From Christensenellaceae bacterium (lineage in GTDB: Bacteria > Bacillota > Clostridia > Christensenellales > Borkfalkiaceae), in assembly GCA_045534565.1 (NCBI GenBank), contig JAZSJY010000086.1:1-45101 (forward strand): a stretch of DNA of 45,101 nucleotides, in the 5' to 3' direction. Position numbers and translations under genes: made by a program. The first letter of the stretch is position 1; the number at the start of each line of letters is the position of its first letter. Shown piece after piece: positions 8,746 through 17,691 of the stretch. The notes beneath the pieces were generated by a model. The model did no database searches. It was given only the letters and a program-made list of their open reading frames with translations, and was not told the origin of the DNA.

Positions 8746-10851
8746 TTAGTATGAATTTGCTTTGCGATACTGTGGAAGTTTAATATTCAACTCGTAATCA
8801 AGTTGGCTGAGTTTCCACCTTAAACCTTTTTCGTCGGTGGTGTAGTCCATACTTGGTTCCCAACCAAGACGAGAATCTAACCTAACGATAGGTATAGTAT
8901 CTAACACGTTTTCTTTTTCACGAAGAAGAATATTTTCAATTTCGTTAATGAGTTTAGTTGCGGTTTCTTTACTGCCTGCAATTGTAAGTTTTTGTTTTGC
9001 TATGAAATGGTCTTTTATATTGATAACCGTTCTACAACTGTTCCTTATAAACTTTGCAAGAAGAATAAGTTTTTCAAGTTTATCGGTTTTATTTTTAATA
9101 CCTTCAAGAATTTCTATCCCCTTTTGCATAAGTTCTTCAACTTTTTTAACGGCGACAAGTTCGTCGTAAATTCTAATGCCTGGCAAAGAGTTTCTCGCTT
9201 CGTTATCAAGGGTATACTTGCCGAAGTATACGCCGTTACCAAACATTGCGTGCGGTCTATCAGGCATTTTACCTTGACCTGGAATTGATGAAGGAAGTCC
9301 GTCAAGGTCCCCTGACCAGAAGGGATATTGCGGGCCCGTTCTAAATGCGCCGTACTGATCTTCGTTTGTCGGTACGTAGTGGGTAATTGCTTCAGAGAAA
9401 AGTTCGGTTGCTTGCTTTACGGTTTTAGCGTTTTCTTTGCCAAAGTCACGTTCTAAAAGTTGCATAAGCGTATCTTCAAGCGGTTGAACTTCAGTAAAGA
9501 ACGCTTGCTTTTCAAGTTCGGTGATTATTGACGGGTGGAAACCGTAATGGATATTTTCTAATACACCGCAAAGCCCAAGTTGGTCTTTTGCCTTAATCAT
9601 ATTTTTATAACGCTTTATCCATTGTTCGGGCATAGGTTCGTAAGGAACTGTGCCAAAGTCCCAAGTTCTGCCGGAAGTGTTTGCGTTTGCAAGAACTTTT
9701 ATGCCCCTTGCTTTAGCGGCTGCCGCTTCGCTTTTAAAGTAATCGCCAGGACCTTCAAATGAAAGAGAATAGTCGCAAATATCAAAAGTGGAATTACCTG
9801 TTTTAAGTTTTTGGAACATATCCCACGTAACCATAATAGAAATATCGGTAGGCAATGCGTTTATAAGTTTAACCCTTAATTCTTCTGGTTGATAACCCCA
9901 GTTATAAGTGCTAAGCATAACTTCGGCGTCAGGTCTTTTTGCCCTAACCGAACGTTTAATCATATCAATCCATGCGGGATAGTCACAACAAGGATACCAA
10001 CCGGGGCTAGTTTTACCCGTAGGAATATTATCAACGAAATTTTTAGAGTGAGGCGCTAAACCAACGTTGGGGTCACGACTTGGGAAGTTGGTTGATTCCC
10101 CGTAAACGCAAACGCCCTTAACTTTGGGGGCAACGTCAAATAAAGTTCCGTAAAGGTTATCGTAGAATTCTTGTGAGCCTTCGTCGTCGGGGTGGGCTGT
10201 ATGTGGGCAGTAAAGGTCAACGAAAACGTCTATACCGTATTTTTCTGCACGCTCGGTAATAAGGCGAATATCAATCCATTCCCCACGCTTATTAGTCCAC
10301 GGGTCTTTAACCCATAAAGAAATTGTATCAAAGCCGTGGTGAGCAACTATTTTAAGCGCTTCGTCACACCACTCGTACATACCGAAAGGCGATTGAGTTA
10401 TTCTAGGCGCAAAAAGAGCCTTTCTTGCAATAACGCCCTGTTTAATGATAGGCGCTTTTTTAATATTCATAAGGTCTTCAAGGTAGTAAAGTCCTTGTGC
10501 GATACCCCTATCGTCGTGCCCTTCTAACAAAATACTATCTGCGTTTACGGTAATGCGATAGCCCATATACCCTTCTGCTTCGCCCAAGTTTTTACCTAAT
10601 TTTACGGTAACGGTTGGGTTTTTTGGGTTTTTGCTAACTGCAACCGATACCCCTTGCGAAGTAAAAAGATAATCTTCAAAATCACGAACGGCAGTTTTAA
10701 TAACGTCGTTACAATCGGCAAGAAAAATTTTTGCGCCGTCAATAAATTCAAACTCATCGGCGTTGGCTTTTATTGAAAGGTCACGCAAGTTTTCTTTATG
10801 GATAACTAAAAGTTCACTTTTAAAATCGTAATTATTTTGTTGTTTTAACAT
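8746..10851 (-). CDS. putative glycoside hydrolase-like protein (GH20b-like N-domain plus TIM-barrel-like core); function unknown
   Basis: 701-aa intact ORF. The N-terminal segment GYRITVNADSILLEGHDDRGIAQGLYYLEDLM resembles N-domains of GH20/GH67/GH115-type enzymes. No catalytic motif was recognised. Confidence 0.5.
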   Translation of the reverse strand: MLKQQNNYDFKSELLVIHKENLRDLSIKANADEFEFIDGAKIFLADCNDVIKTAVRDFEDYLFTSQGVSVAVSKNPKNPTVTVKLGKNLGEAEGYMGYRITVNADSILLEGHDDRGIAQGLYYLEDLMNIKKAPIIKQGVIARKALFAPRITQSPFGMYEWCDEALKIVAHHGFDTISLWVKDPWTNKRGEWIDIRLITERAEKYGIDVFVDLYCPHTAHPDDEGSQEFYDNLYGTLFDVAPKVKGVCVYGESTNFPSRDPNVGLAPHSKNFVDNIPTGKTSPGWYPCCDYPAWIDMIKRSVRAKRPDAEVMLSTYNWGYQPEELRVKLINALPTDISIMVTWDMFQKLKTGNSTFDICDYSLSFEGPGDYFKSEAAAAKARGIKVLANANTSGRTWDFGTVPYEPMPEQWIKRYKNMIKAKDQLGLCGVLENIHYGFHPSIITELEKQAFFTEVQPLEDTLMQLLERDFGKENAKTVKQATELFSEAITHYVPTNEDQYGAFRTGPQYPFWSGDLDGLPSSIPGQGKMPDRPHAMFGNGVYFGKYTLDNEARNSLPGIRIYDELVAVKKVEELMQKGIEILEGIKNKTDKLEKLILLAKFIRNSCRTVINIKDHFIAKQKLTIAGSKETATKLINEIENILLREKENVLDTIPIVRLDSRLGWEPSMDYTTDEKGLRWKLSQLDYELNIKLPQYRKANSY

Positions 10852-10855
10852 AGTT

Positions 10856-11599
10856 TTAGTCCTTTATCATATCAATAATATCGTTTATGCAAATTTCAAG
10901 GTCTGCTTTAGCGCTTTCTAAATTCATATTGGGTGCGGTTGCTGCAAACCAGTCTTCACTTGCGTCTAATCTATCAAGTTTGATTGAGCCAGGGTACAAT
11001 ACTTCAAGCATAGCGCATTCGTGTTCGCCTGCGTGGTCACCGTGCGACGCTGTACTGCTCGGCGTCATACCTACCCTAATAACACGAACTTTATTCCAAG
11101 GACTGTCGCTTGCCTTAAGGTTTTCATAAAAGTCAGCGTTTTCTTTGTTGCCCCACCAACCGTAACCACCTTTTTCTTCAAGTTCAGCCATAATGAGTTT
11201 TTTTGCCGCCTTCATACACGCTAAAGTCATAGGCATATAGTCTTCCGTTTGATGCGCAATCATAATGAAGATGTTCTTCTTAAAACCACTCTTAAACAAA
11301 GACTGTAAAATGCAGTAAACGTATTGTTCAAGGGTATCTGCATCAACGTTGATAGTGTTTTTTTCAGGTCCGCCAACTGCGTAACTAGCAACACCGTACC
11401 AAACGGGTGGTAAAACCATACCGTCAACTTGTTCTGCGATTTTTTCGCACACGCCTTGCGCAACTAAAGTGTCGCAACCGAACGGACAATGGTGACTATG
11501 GTATTCCATAGTGCCAACAGGCAAGAAAACTGCCCTACATTCGTTCTTTACTTGTTCAACTTCTTTTGGGTAAGAAGTTTCCATCTTAATAAAACTCAT
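10856..11599 (-). CDS. creatininase-family amidohydrolase
   Basis: Motifs GTMEYHSHHCPFGCDT and HGDHAGEHECAML match the creatininase-fold metal ligands. GGAGAATAATAAA RBS. Stop lies 4 nt before the downstream GH-like gene. Confidence 0.75.
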   Translation of the reverse strand: MSFIKMETSYPKEVEQVKNECRAVFLPVGTMEYHSHHCPFGCDTLVAQGVCEKIAEQVDGMVLPPVWYGVASYAVGGPEKNTINVDADTLEQYVYCILQSLFKSGFKKNIFIMIAHQTEDYMPMTLACMKAAKKLIMAELEEKGGYGWWGNKENADFYENLKASDSPWNKVRVIRVGMTPSSTASHGDHAGEHECAMLEVLYPGSIKLDRLDASEDWFAATAPNMNLESAKADLEICINDIIDMIKD

Positions 11600-11775
11600 T
11601 TTATTATTCTCCTTTTGCTATTTTTGGCGAATAACCGCAAAAAAGTAACGGAAAACGCCCTATAATTTATCAAATAATTAATTTGATTGACAAATATATT
11701 ATACATTTGTTAAAATAATTATTGAATAGTTAAAACAAACAAAAACTTGTTAAAAATTAGCGTTTCGTGGGTGTT

Positions 11776-12597
11776 ATGAAGTATTTACAGGACGTATATT
11801 TTGCAAACTTAAGCGTAACTTGCAATCAGGGTGGATACTTTTCTATTAGCCCAGATAGAGACTGGTCGCTTGAAAATGATTTATTTGACCAGTCTAAATT
11901 TTATTTTATAACCGAAGGCAGTTGCACTATTACCGTTGAAGGAAAAGAATATACGGGGATGCGTGGCGACTGGTTTTTTATTCCCGCCTATAAATTACAC
12001 GGATATCAAAACGGAAAACAAACTACCTTTTCAAAGTTTTGGATGCACTTTTCCATATATCCCAACACTCAAGAGTTGACTGCGTTAGGGTTGCCTATTA
12101 AAGTAAAGGTAAAAGATGACAGCCCCGTGTATAAACTTTTTGAAGAGTTTGCACGATTATACGCAAGCAAAGATTTAACTGATAAAATTCGCGTAAAAGC
12201 AATAGTTTTGCAACTACTTGCAGAATACGTTAGCATTGCAAACGCAGACGGCGTAGAAGTAGTAAACAGTCAAGACGAAAAGTTTGACGAACTTTTAAGG
12301 TATATAAACGAAAATTTAGGTAATTCTTTAACGGTGGGCGAACTTTCTAAAAGATATTACGTTCACCCCAACCATTTTATAAGACTGTTTAGGTCAAAAA
12401 CGGGCTTAACACCTGCAAAATACGTTAAAGACCAACGCTTGCAAGCGGCAAGACGGTTGCTTGAAAGCACAACCCTTTCGGTTGCAGAAATTGCAGAGCG
12501 AACGGGCGAAATAGACGTGGCGAATTTTTCACGGGCATTTAAGAAACACTACAATTTATCGCCGGCAGAATATAGAAAGTATTTTAAGAACATATAG
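11776..12597 (+). CDS. AraC-family transcriptional regulator
   Basis: Cupin N-domain. C-terminal HTH (LSKRYYVHPNHFIRLFRSKTGLTPAKYV...NFSRAFKKHYNLSPAEYRK). Divergent from the creatininase/GH operon. The start could also be the GTG at 11767. Confidence 0.85.
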   Translation: MKYLQDVYFANLSVTCNQGGYFSISPDRDWSLENDLFDQSKFYFITEGSCTITVEGKEYTGMRGDWFFIPAYKLHGYQNGKQTTFSKFWMHFSIYPNTQELTALGLPIKVKVKDDSPVYKLFEEFARLYASKDLTDKIRVKAIVLQLLAEYVSIANADGVEVVNSQDEKFDELLRYINENLGNSLTVGELSKRYYVHPNHFIRLFRSKTGLTPAKYVKDQRLQAARRLLESTTLSVAEIAERTGEIDVANFSRAFKKHYNLSPAEYRKYFKNI

Positions 12598-12613
12598 AAA
12601 TAGGAAAGAGTAA

Positions 12614-13864
12614 ATGCAAAAAAAGAAAAGGCGGATAAACCCCGCTAAAAAACCGATAAATACGCGATTGTGGGTAAGGATTGTTTGTTATATAGCCTGC
12701 CCCTTTTGGTGTTTGGTTCAACGCGCAAGAACAAAGGTTGATAAAGAAGTTAGGAAAATTAAAGGGCCTAAACTAATATTAGCAACTCATCAATCGTTTA
12801 TTGACTTTCCTATGCTACTTATGGGCGTAATGCCAAGAATGGTAAACTGGATTGTAGGTATTGACGAATATCACCGTGGCGAATTTTTAATGTATAGCCT
12901 TGGCGGTATTCCTAAAAAGAAATACACGCACGATATAGTTGCCGTAAAATACGCTATCCACAGTTTAAGAAGAAAGAAAAAAAGCGTAGTTATGTATCCT
13001 GAAGCAGGTTACGAATACGCAGGTATTAACGAAAGGATAGATAAATCAATAGGTAAACTGATTAAACTTGCGGGCGTGCCCGTAATAATGTGTAAATGCA
13101 ACGGTAACTTTTTAGATTCGCCACAATGGGATAAGCACCCATATCGCCGTATTAGAAAAGAAGCGCATATGTACGTTATTGCAAACGCAGAAGAAGTTAA
13201 AACGCTTTCTGCCGACGAATTGCAAGCGCGCGTAGACAAGGCGTTTATTAAAGACGAATATAAATGGCAAGTTGAAAATAACCTTCACATTAAGAGTAAA
13301 TTTCGCGCAAAAGGGCTACACAATATCTTATATAAATGCCCGCACTGTGGAACGGAATCACAAATGGAAAGCGCAGGTATTCACCTTTGGTGTAACGCTT
13401 GTGGCTCTAAATGGGAAATGGATACCCTATCACGCTTACACGGGTTAAATACCGATAAAGGATTTTCACACGTGCCAGACTGGTACCGTTGGGAACGTGA
13501 AGAAGTTAGAAAGGAAGTTCGTAGTGGTAACTATAAGTTTACCGACGACGTAAAGTTAGAAGATTTTTATTCAGGGAAAGTTGGGTTTGTTGACGCAGGC
13601 GTTGGCAAGTGCGTGCAAGATAAAAACGGTTGGCTTATAGAAGGCGTTTGTAACGGCGAACCGTTTACGATAAAAAAAGAACTTTACGAAATGATTTCAA
13701 TACACCTTGAATATCATTTTAAGGGAAAAGGCGACTTGTTTGAAATACCGATAAAAAACACGACTTATTACGTATATCCGTTAACGAAAAAACAATGTAT
13801 TACGAAAATTAGATTGGCGCAAGAAGAATTGTACGACTATTACGTATTAGAAGGAAAAAGATGA
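12614..13864 (+). CDS. PlsC-like acyltransferase with C-terminal zinc-ribbon domain (paralog 1)
   Basis: HQSFIDFPM (HX4D acyltransferase motif), YPEAGYE, then CPHCG...CNACG zinc ribbon and DWYRWEREEV. Confidence 0.75.
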   Translation: MQKKKRRINPAKKPINTRLWVRIVCYIACPFWCLVQRARTKVDKEVRKIKGPKLILATHQSFIDFPMLLMGVMPRMVNWIVGIDEYHRGEFLMYSLGGIPKKKYTHDIVAVKYAIHSLRRKKKSVVMYPEAGYEYAGINERIDKSIGKLIKLAGVPVIMCKCNGNFLDSPQWDKHPYRRIRKEAHMYVIANAEEVKTLSADELQARVDKAFIKDEYKWQVENNLHIKSKFRAKGLHNILYKCPHCGTESQMESAGIHLWCNACGSKWEMDTLSRLHGLNTDKGFSHVPDWYRWEREEVRKEVRSGNYKFTDDVKLEDFYSGKVGFVDAGVGKCVQDKNGWLIEGVCNGEPFTIKKELYEMISIHLEYHFKGKGDLFEIPIKNTTYYVYPLTKKQCITKIRLAQEELYDYYVLEGKR

Positions 13865-15117
13865 AGAGAGAGCCGAAAAGATTTGACATGCTTAAAAAGC
13901 CCACGAACACAAGGTTGTGGGCAAGACTAATAATGTGGACTATCGCACCTTTTTGGTGTTGGTTTTCAAAAGCGAGAGTAAAGACGCAAAAGGAAGTTAG
14001 AAAGATTAAAGGGCCGTATTTAATTTTATCTACCCATCAATCGTATATAGACTTCCCTATGCTGTTGACGGCAATATATCCCAGAATGACTAACTGGGTA
14101 ATAGCGATTGACGAGTTTCGCCACGGTGGCGAATGGGTAATGCGTGGTATAGGCGGTATTCCCAAAAGAAAGTTCCAACACGATATTTGCACCGTTAAAT
14201 TTATGCTTGAAAGCATTAAGAAGAAAAAGCGCATGATAACCTTCTACCCTGAAGCAAGATTTGAACTTGCTGGTGTTAACGAAAGGCTTGATAAGGCGCT
14301 TGGCAAATTGTGTAAACAAGCAAAAGTGCCCGTATGCGTGTTTAAGGCGAACGGCAACTTTATTGATTCGCCACAATGGAGCAAGCACCCCTACCGTCGT
14401 GTAAGAAAAGAAGGTCATCTTTTCATGATTGCAAACCAACAAGAAGTTGAAACGCTATCGGCTGACGTATTGCAAGAGAGAATTGAAAAGGCGTTTGTTA
14501 AAGACGACTATAAATGGGTTGTTGAAAACAACGTACATACCAAGTGCAAACAAAGAGCAGACGGACTATATAGAATTTTATATAAATGCCCCCATTGTGG
14601 AAAGGAATTTGAAATGGAAAGCGCAGGTATTCACCTTTGGTGTAACGCTTGTGGCTCTAAATGGGAAATGGATACCCTATTTCGCTTACACGGGTTAAAT
14701 ACCGATAAAGGCTTTACTATCGTTTCCGACTGGTATCGTTGGGAACGTGAAGAAGTTAGAAAGGAAGTTCGTAGTGGTAACTATAAGTTTACCGACCAAG
14801 TTAGAATTGAAGACTTCCACTCTATAAAACTCGGCTGTATAGACGTGGGCAACGGAACTCTCGTTCAAGATAAAAACGGGTTTACGGTAACGGGCACGGT
14901 TGAAGGTAAACCTTTCGTGTTTGAAAAACCGTTATCCACTATGTATTCGGTGCACGTAGAATATAACTTCTTAGGCCGTGGCGACGCGATTGACCTTGCA
15001 AACACCGATAGAACGTATTTTATGTATCCTTTAACGGCGAAAAACAATATGACGAAAGTTCACTTTGCGCAAGAAGAATTATACGATTATTACGTTGTTG
15101 AAAAAGCAGATAAATAA
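13861..15117 (+). CDS. PlsC-like acyltransferase with C-terminal zinc-ribbon domain (paralog 2, tandem)
   Basis: ATGA start/stop overlap with paralog 1. HQSYIDFPM, YPEARFE, CPHCG...CNACG. Collinear with paralog 1 without indels across the compared region. Confidence 0.75.
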   Translation: MKREPKRFDMLKKPTNTRLWARLIMWTIAPFWCWFSKARVKTQKEVRKIKGPYLILSTHQSYIDFPMLLTAIYPRMTNWVIAIDEFRHGGEWVMRGIGGIPKRKFQHDICTVKFMLESIKKKKRMITFYPEARFELAGVNERLDKALGKLCKQAKVPVCVFKANGNFIDSPQWSKHPYRRVRKEGHLFMIANQQEVETLSADVLQERIEKAFVKDDYKWVVENNVHTKCKQRADGLYRILYKCPHCGKEFEMESAGIHLWCNACGSKWEMDTLFRLHGLNTDKGFTIVSDWYRWEREEVRKEVRSGNYKFTDQVRIEDFHSIKLGCIDVGNGTLVQDKNGFTVTGTVEGKPFVFEKPLSTMYSVHVEYNFLGRGDAIDLANTDRTYFMYPLTAKNNMTKVHFAQEELYDYYVVEKADK

Positions 15118-15119
15118 GT

Positions 15120-15151
15120 AAAAACGGTAAGAATTTTTCTTACCGTTTTTT
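15120..15151. terminator. bidirectional intrinsic terminator overlapping the recF 3' end
   Basis: ACGGTAAGA (15124-15132) pairs with TCTTACCGT (15138-15146). Flanking A-run and T-run. Confidence 0.75.
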
Positions 15152-16234
15152 AATTTTGCCGTTTTCAATGGTTATTTTATTGTATTCAACGTTTTTAAGC
15201 ACCGACCTATCAATACCCGTCGCCGTAAATATAGTTTGCAGTTTTTCTACGGCTGAAATAAGTTTTCTTTGGCGCTTTTTATCAAGTTCACTCAAAACGT
15301 CGTCAAGAATAAGTATGGGGTATTCGCCAAAACGATTATAAAAGGTTTCCGTTTCTGCAAGTTTAAGTGATAACGCCACCGTACGCTGTTGACCTTGCGA
15401 GCCGAAAACTCTTACGTCGTCCCCGTTGAGAATAAATTTTATATCGTCACGGTGCGGACCTATTGACGTGTACCCTAAACGCATATCACGTTCTAAACTC
15501 ATTTTCAAATCTTCGTACATTGCGAAAGCAATTTCTTCTTCCGTGCCGTAGTAACCACTTTCCGTTTTCATGGTAAGCGTTTCTTTTCCGTCGGTAAGAA
15601 AGGCGTGTTTTTCTTGCGCAATGGGGGTAATTTCCGTTAAAAACTGATTGCGCGCCCTTATAATTTTAGACGCTTCTTTGGTAAGTTGCATATCCCAGAT
15701 AGGCAAAGTTTCACGGATAATATAGCCGTCAGGGTCTTTTAACAAGTTGTTTCTTTGCGATAAAATTTTATTGTATCTTTGCAAGGCGTAAAAATAATTT
15801 TTACTCATTTGCGAAAGAGATACGTTTAAGAATCTACGTCTATCTTCAGGGCTTTCTTGCACCAACTTTAATTCAGCGGGGTTAAAGAAAACGCTGTTGA
15901 TATTACCCAAAAGTTCGCCTATTCTTAAAACTTGCATACCGTTCACGTAAACGCTTTTTTTATCGTTTTTATTAAATTCAATGCGCACGGAAACTTCCCC
16001 GTAACTGCTAACTGCTTGACCGGAGATTTCTGCGCTTTCTTGCCCGTGGCGAACCAAAAGTTTATCTCTATTTGCGCGTGGTGAATAACCCGTGCAAAGA
16101 AAGAAAATGGCTTCGGCAGCGTTGGTTTTGCCTTGCGCATTAGAGCCGACTAAAAAGTTGATGCCTTTATCAAAGGTAATCACTTCGTCGGTGTAATTTC
16201 TAAAATTTTTCAACGATAACTGGTTTATATGCAT
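15140..16234 (-). CDS. recF: DNA replication and repair protein RecF
   Basis: N-terminal LKNFRNY and Walker A GSNAQGKTNAAEAI. SMC-like signature GSQGQQRTVALSLKLAE. ILILDDVLSELD. Confidence 0.95.
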   Translation of the reverse strand: MHINQLSLKNFRNYTDEVITFDKGINFLVGSNAQGKTNAAEAIFFLCTGYSPRANRDKLLVRHGQESAEISGQAVSSYGEVSVRIEFNKNDKKSVYVNGMQVLRIGELLGNINSVFFNPAELKLVQESPEDRRRFLNVSLSQMSKNYFYALQRYNKILSQRNNLLKDPDGYIIRETLPIWDMQLTKEASKIIRARNQFLTEITPIAQEKHAFLTDGKETLTMKTESGYYGTEEEIAFAMYEDLKMSLERDMRLGYTSIGPHRDDIKFILNGDDVRVFGSQGQQRTVALSLKLAETETFYNRFGEYPILILDDVLSELDKKRQRKLISAVEKLQTIFTATGIDRSVLKNVEYNKITIENGKIKKR

Positions 16235-16341
16235 AATTTAAATAAAAAAATTAAAAATTTGGCGAAAAAACTTTATTTTCTTCTTAAAATATTATATAAT
16301 GTTTTTTACCTAAAAGCAACTGATAAAAGAGGATAGTTCTA

Positions 16342-17688
16342 ATGGAAAAAGAAAATTACGAGATATTATGGGAGCAGACCTTTCTGCCCGAGTTGGAAAA
16401 GACGGTAAGTTCAATCGCTTACAGTACGTATATTGACCAACTTAAACCCGTAGATATCAAGGGGAATAAAATAGTGCTTGCAACTGCGACCAAGCTTTTT
16501 GCAGACGCTATAAGAGAAACTGCGATAGGCACTAAAATACGCGAAGCGCTTTTAAAGACAAACACGTATATTACTGATTTTGAAATAGTGGTTGCGTCGT
16601 CAAGAGAAGATTACTTAAAGCAACTTGGCGAAGAAGAACGCGAAGCCGTTGAAAACGTTGGCTCACCCGTTAACCCCAAATTTACTTTTGATTCGTTCGT
16701 TGTAGGACCTAGCAACGAATTCATTTACGCTGCCGCAAAAGCCATTATAGAAACGCCGGGCGACGCATACAATCCTCTTTTCATACACGGTGGCACGGGG
16801 CTTGGTAAAACGCATATTCTTATGGCTATTGCAAACCACTTGCGCATAAATAAACCGTCTGTTAACGTATTATACGCAACTTGCGAACAATTTACCAACC
16901 AACTTATTGAAAGCATAAGCCGTGGTAAAGGTACGGGCGCAGATTTTAGAAGAAAGTATAGGAACGTTGACGTGTTGCTTATTGACGACGTTCAATTCCT
17001 TGCAAAGAAACAAGGTATTCAAACGGAATTCTTCCACACCTTCAACGAACTTGTTATGCAAAACAAGCAAGTGGTGTTGACTTCCGATCGCCCCCCCAAA
17101 GAAATTGAAGTTTTAGAAGAACGTTTACGCACCCGTTTTGAAGGCGGACTTTTAGCAGACGTTCAACCCCCTGATTTAGAAACCAGAATAGCAATACTTC
17201 GCAGAAAGAGTGAAGAACAAAAATGCGTAGTGGATATGAAGGTTTTGGCGTACATTGCAGAAATGGATAACGGGGATATACGTTCACTCGTAGGCAAACT
17301 TACCAAAGTAGTGTTTGCAAGCAAACTTCACGAACGCCCCATAACCATAGAACTCGTTAACGAAGCGCTTAAAGAATCTGCAGGCGAAAGGCAAGAAGAA
17401 TTAAAGGCAGACGACATTATAAGTTGCGTATGCAATTTCTATAAGATAAACAAAAGCGACATGCTTGGCAAAAAGAAGAATAAAGAATTCGTTATCCCCC
17501 GCCAAGTATGTATATATTTGATAAACGAAATGATGACTTTGCCGTTGGTAACAATAGGCAAGTTAATGGGCAACAGAGATCACGCAACGGTAATTTACGC
17601 GCGTGATAAGATAGGCGATTTAATGAAGACGGATAGCAAACTTCACACCGAAGTAGGCGATCTTAAGAAAATGTTATTAAAAGAATAG
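16342..17688 (+). CDS. dnaA: chromosomal replication initiator DnaA
   Basis: FDSFVVGPSN, GGTGLGKTHIL, LLIDDVQFL, and the domain IV motif RQVCIYLI...GNRDHATVIYA. Confidence 0.97.
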   Translation: MEKENYEILWEQTFLPELEKTVSSIAYSTYIDQLKPVDIKGNKIVLATATKLFADAIRETAIGTKIREALLKTNTYITDFEIVVASSREDYLKQLGEEEREAVENVGSPVNPKFTFDSFVVGPSNEFIYAAAKAIIETPGDAYNPLFIHGGTGLGKTHILMAIANHLRINKPSVNVLYATCEQFTNQLIESISRGKGTGADFRRKYRNVDVLLIDDVQFLAKKQGIQTEFFHTFNELVMQNKQVVLTSDRPPKEIEVLEERLRTRFEGGLLADVQPPDLETRIAILRRKSEEQKCVVDMKVLAYIAEMDNGDIRSLVGKLTKVVFASKLHERPITIELVNEALKESAGERQEELKADDIISCVCNFYKINKSDMLGKKKNKEFVIPRQVCIYLINEMMTLPLVTIGKLMGNRDHATVIYARDKIGDLMKTDSKLHTEVGDLKKMLLKE

Positions 17689-17691
17689 TTT

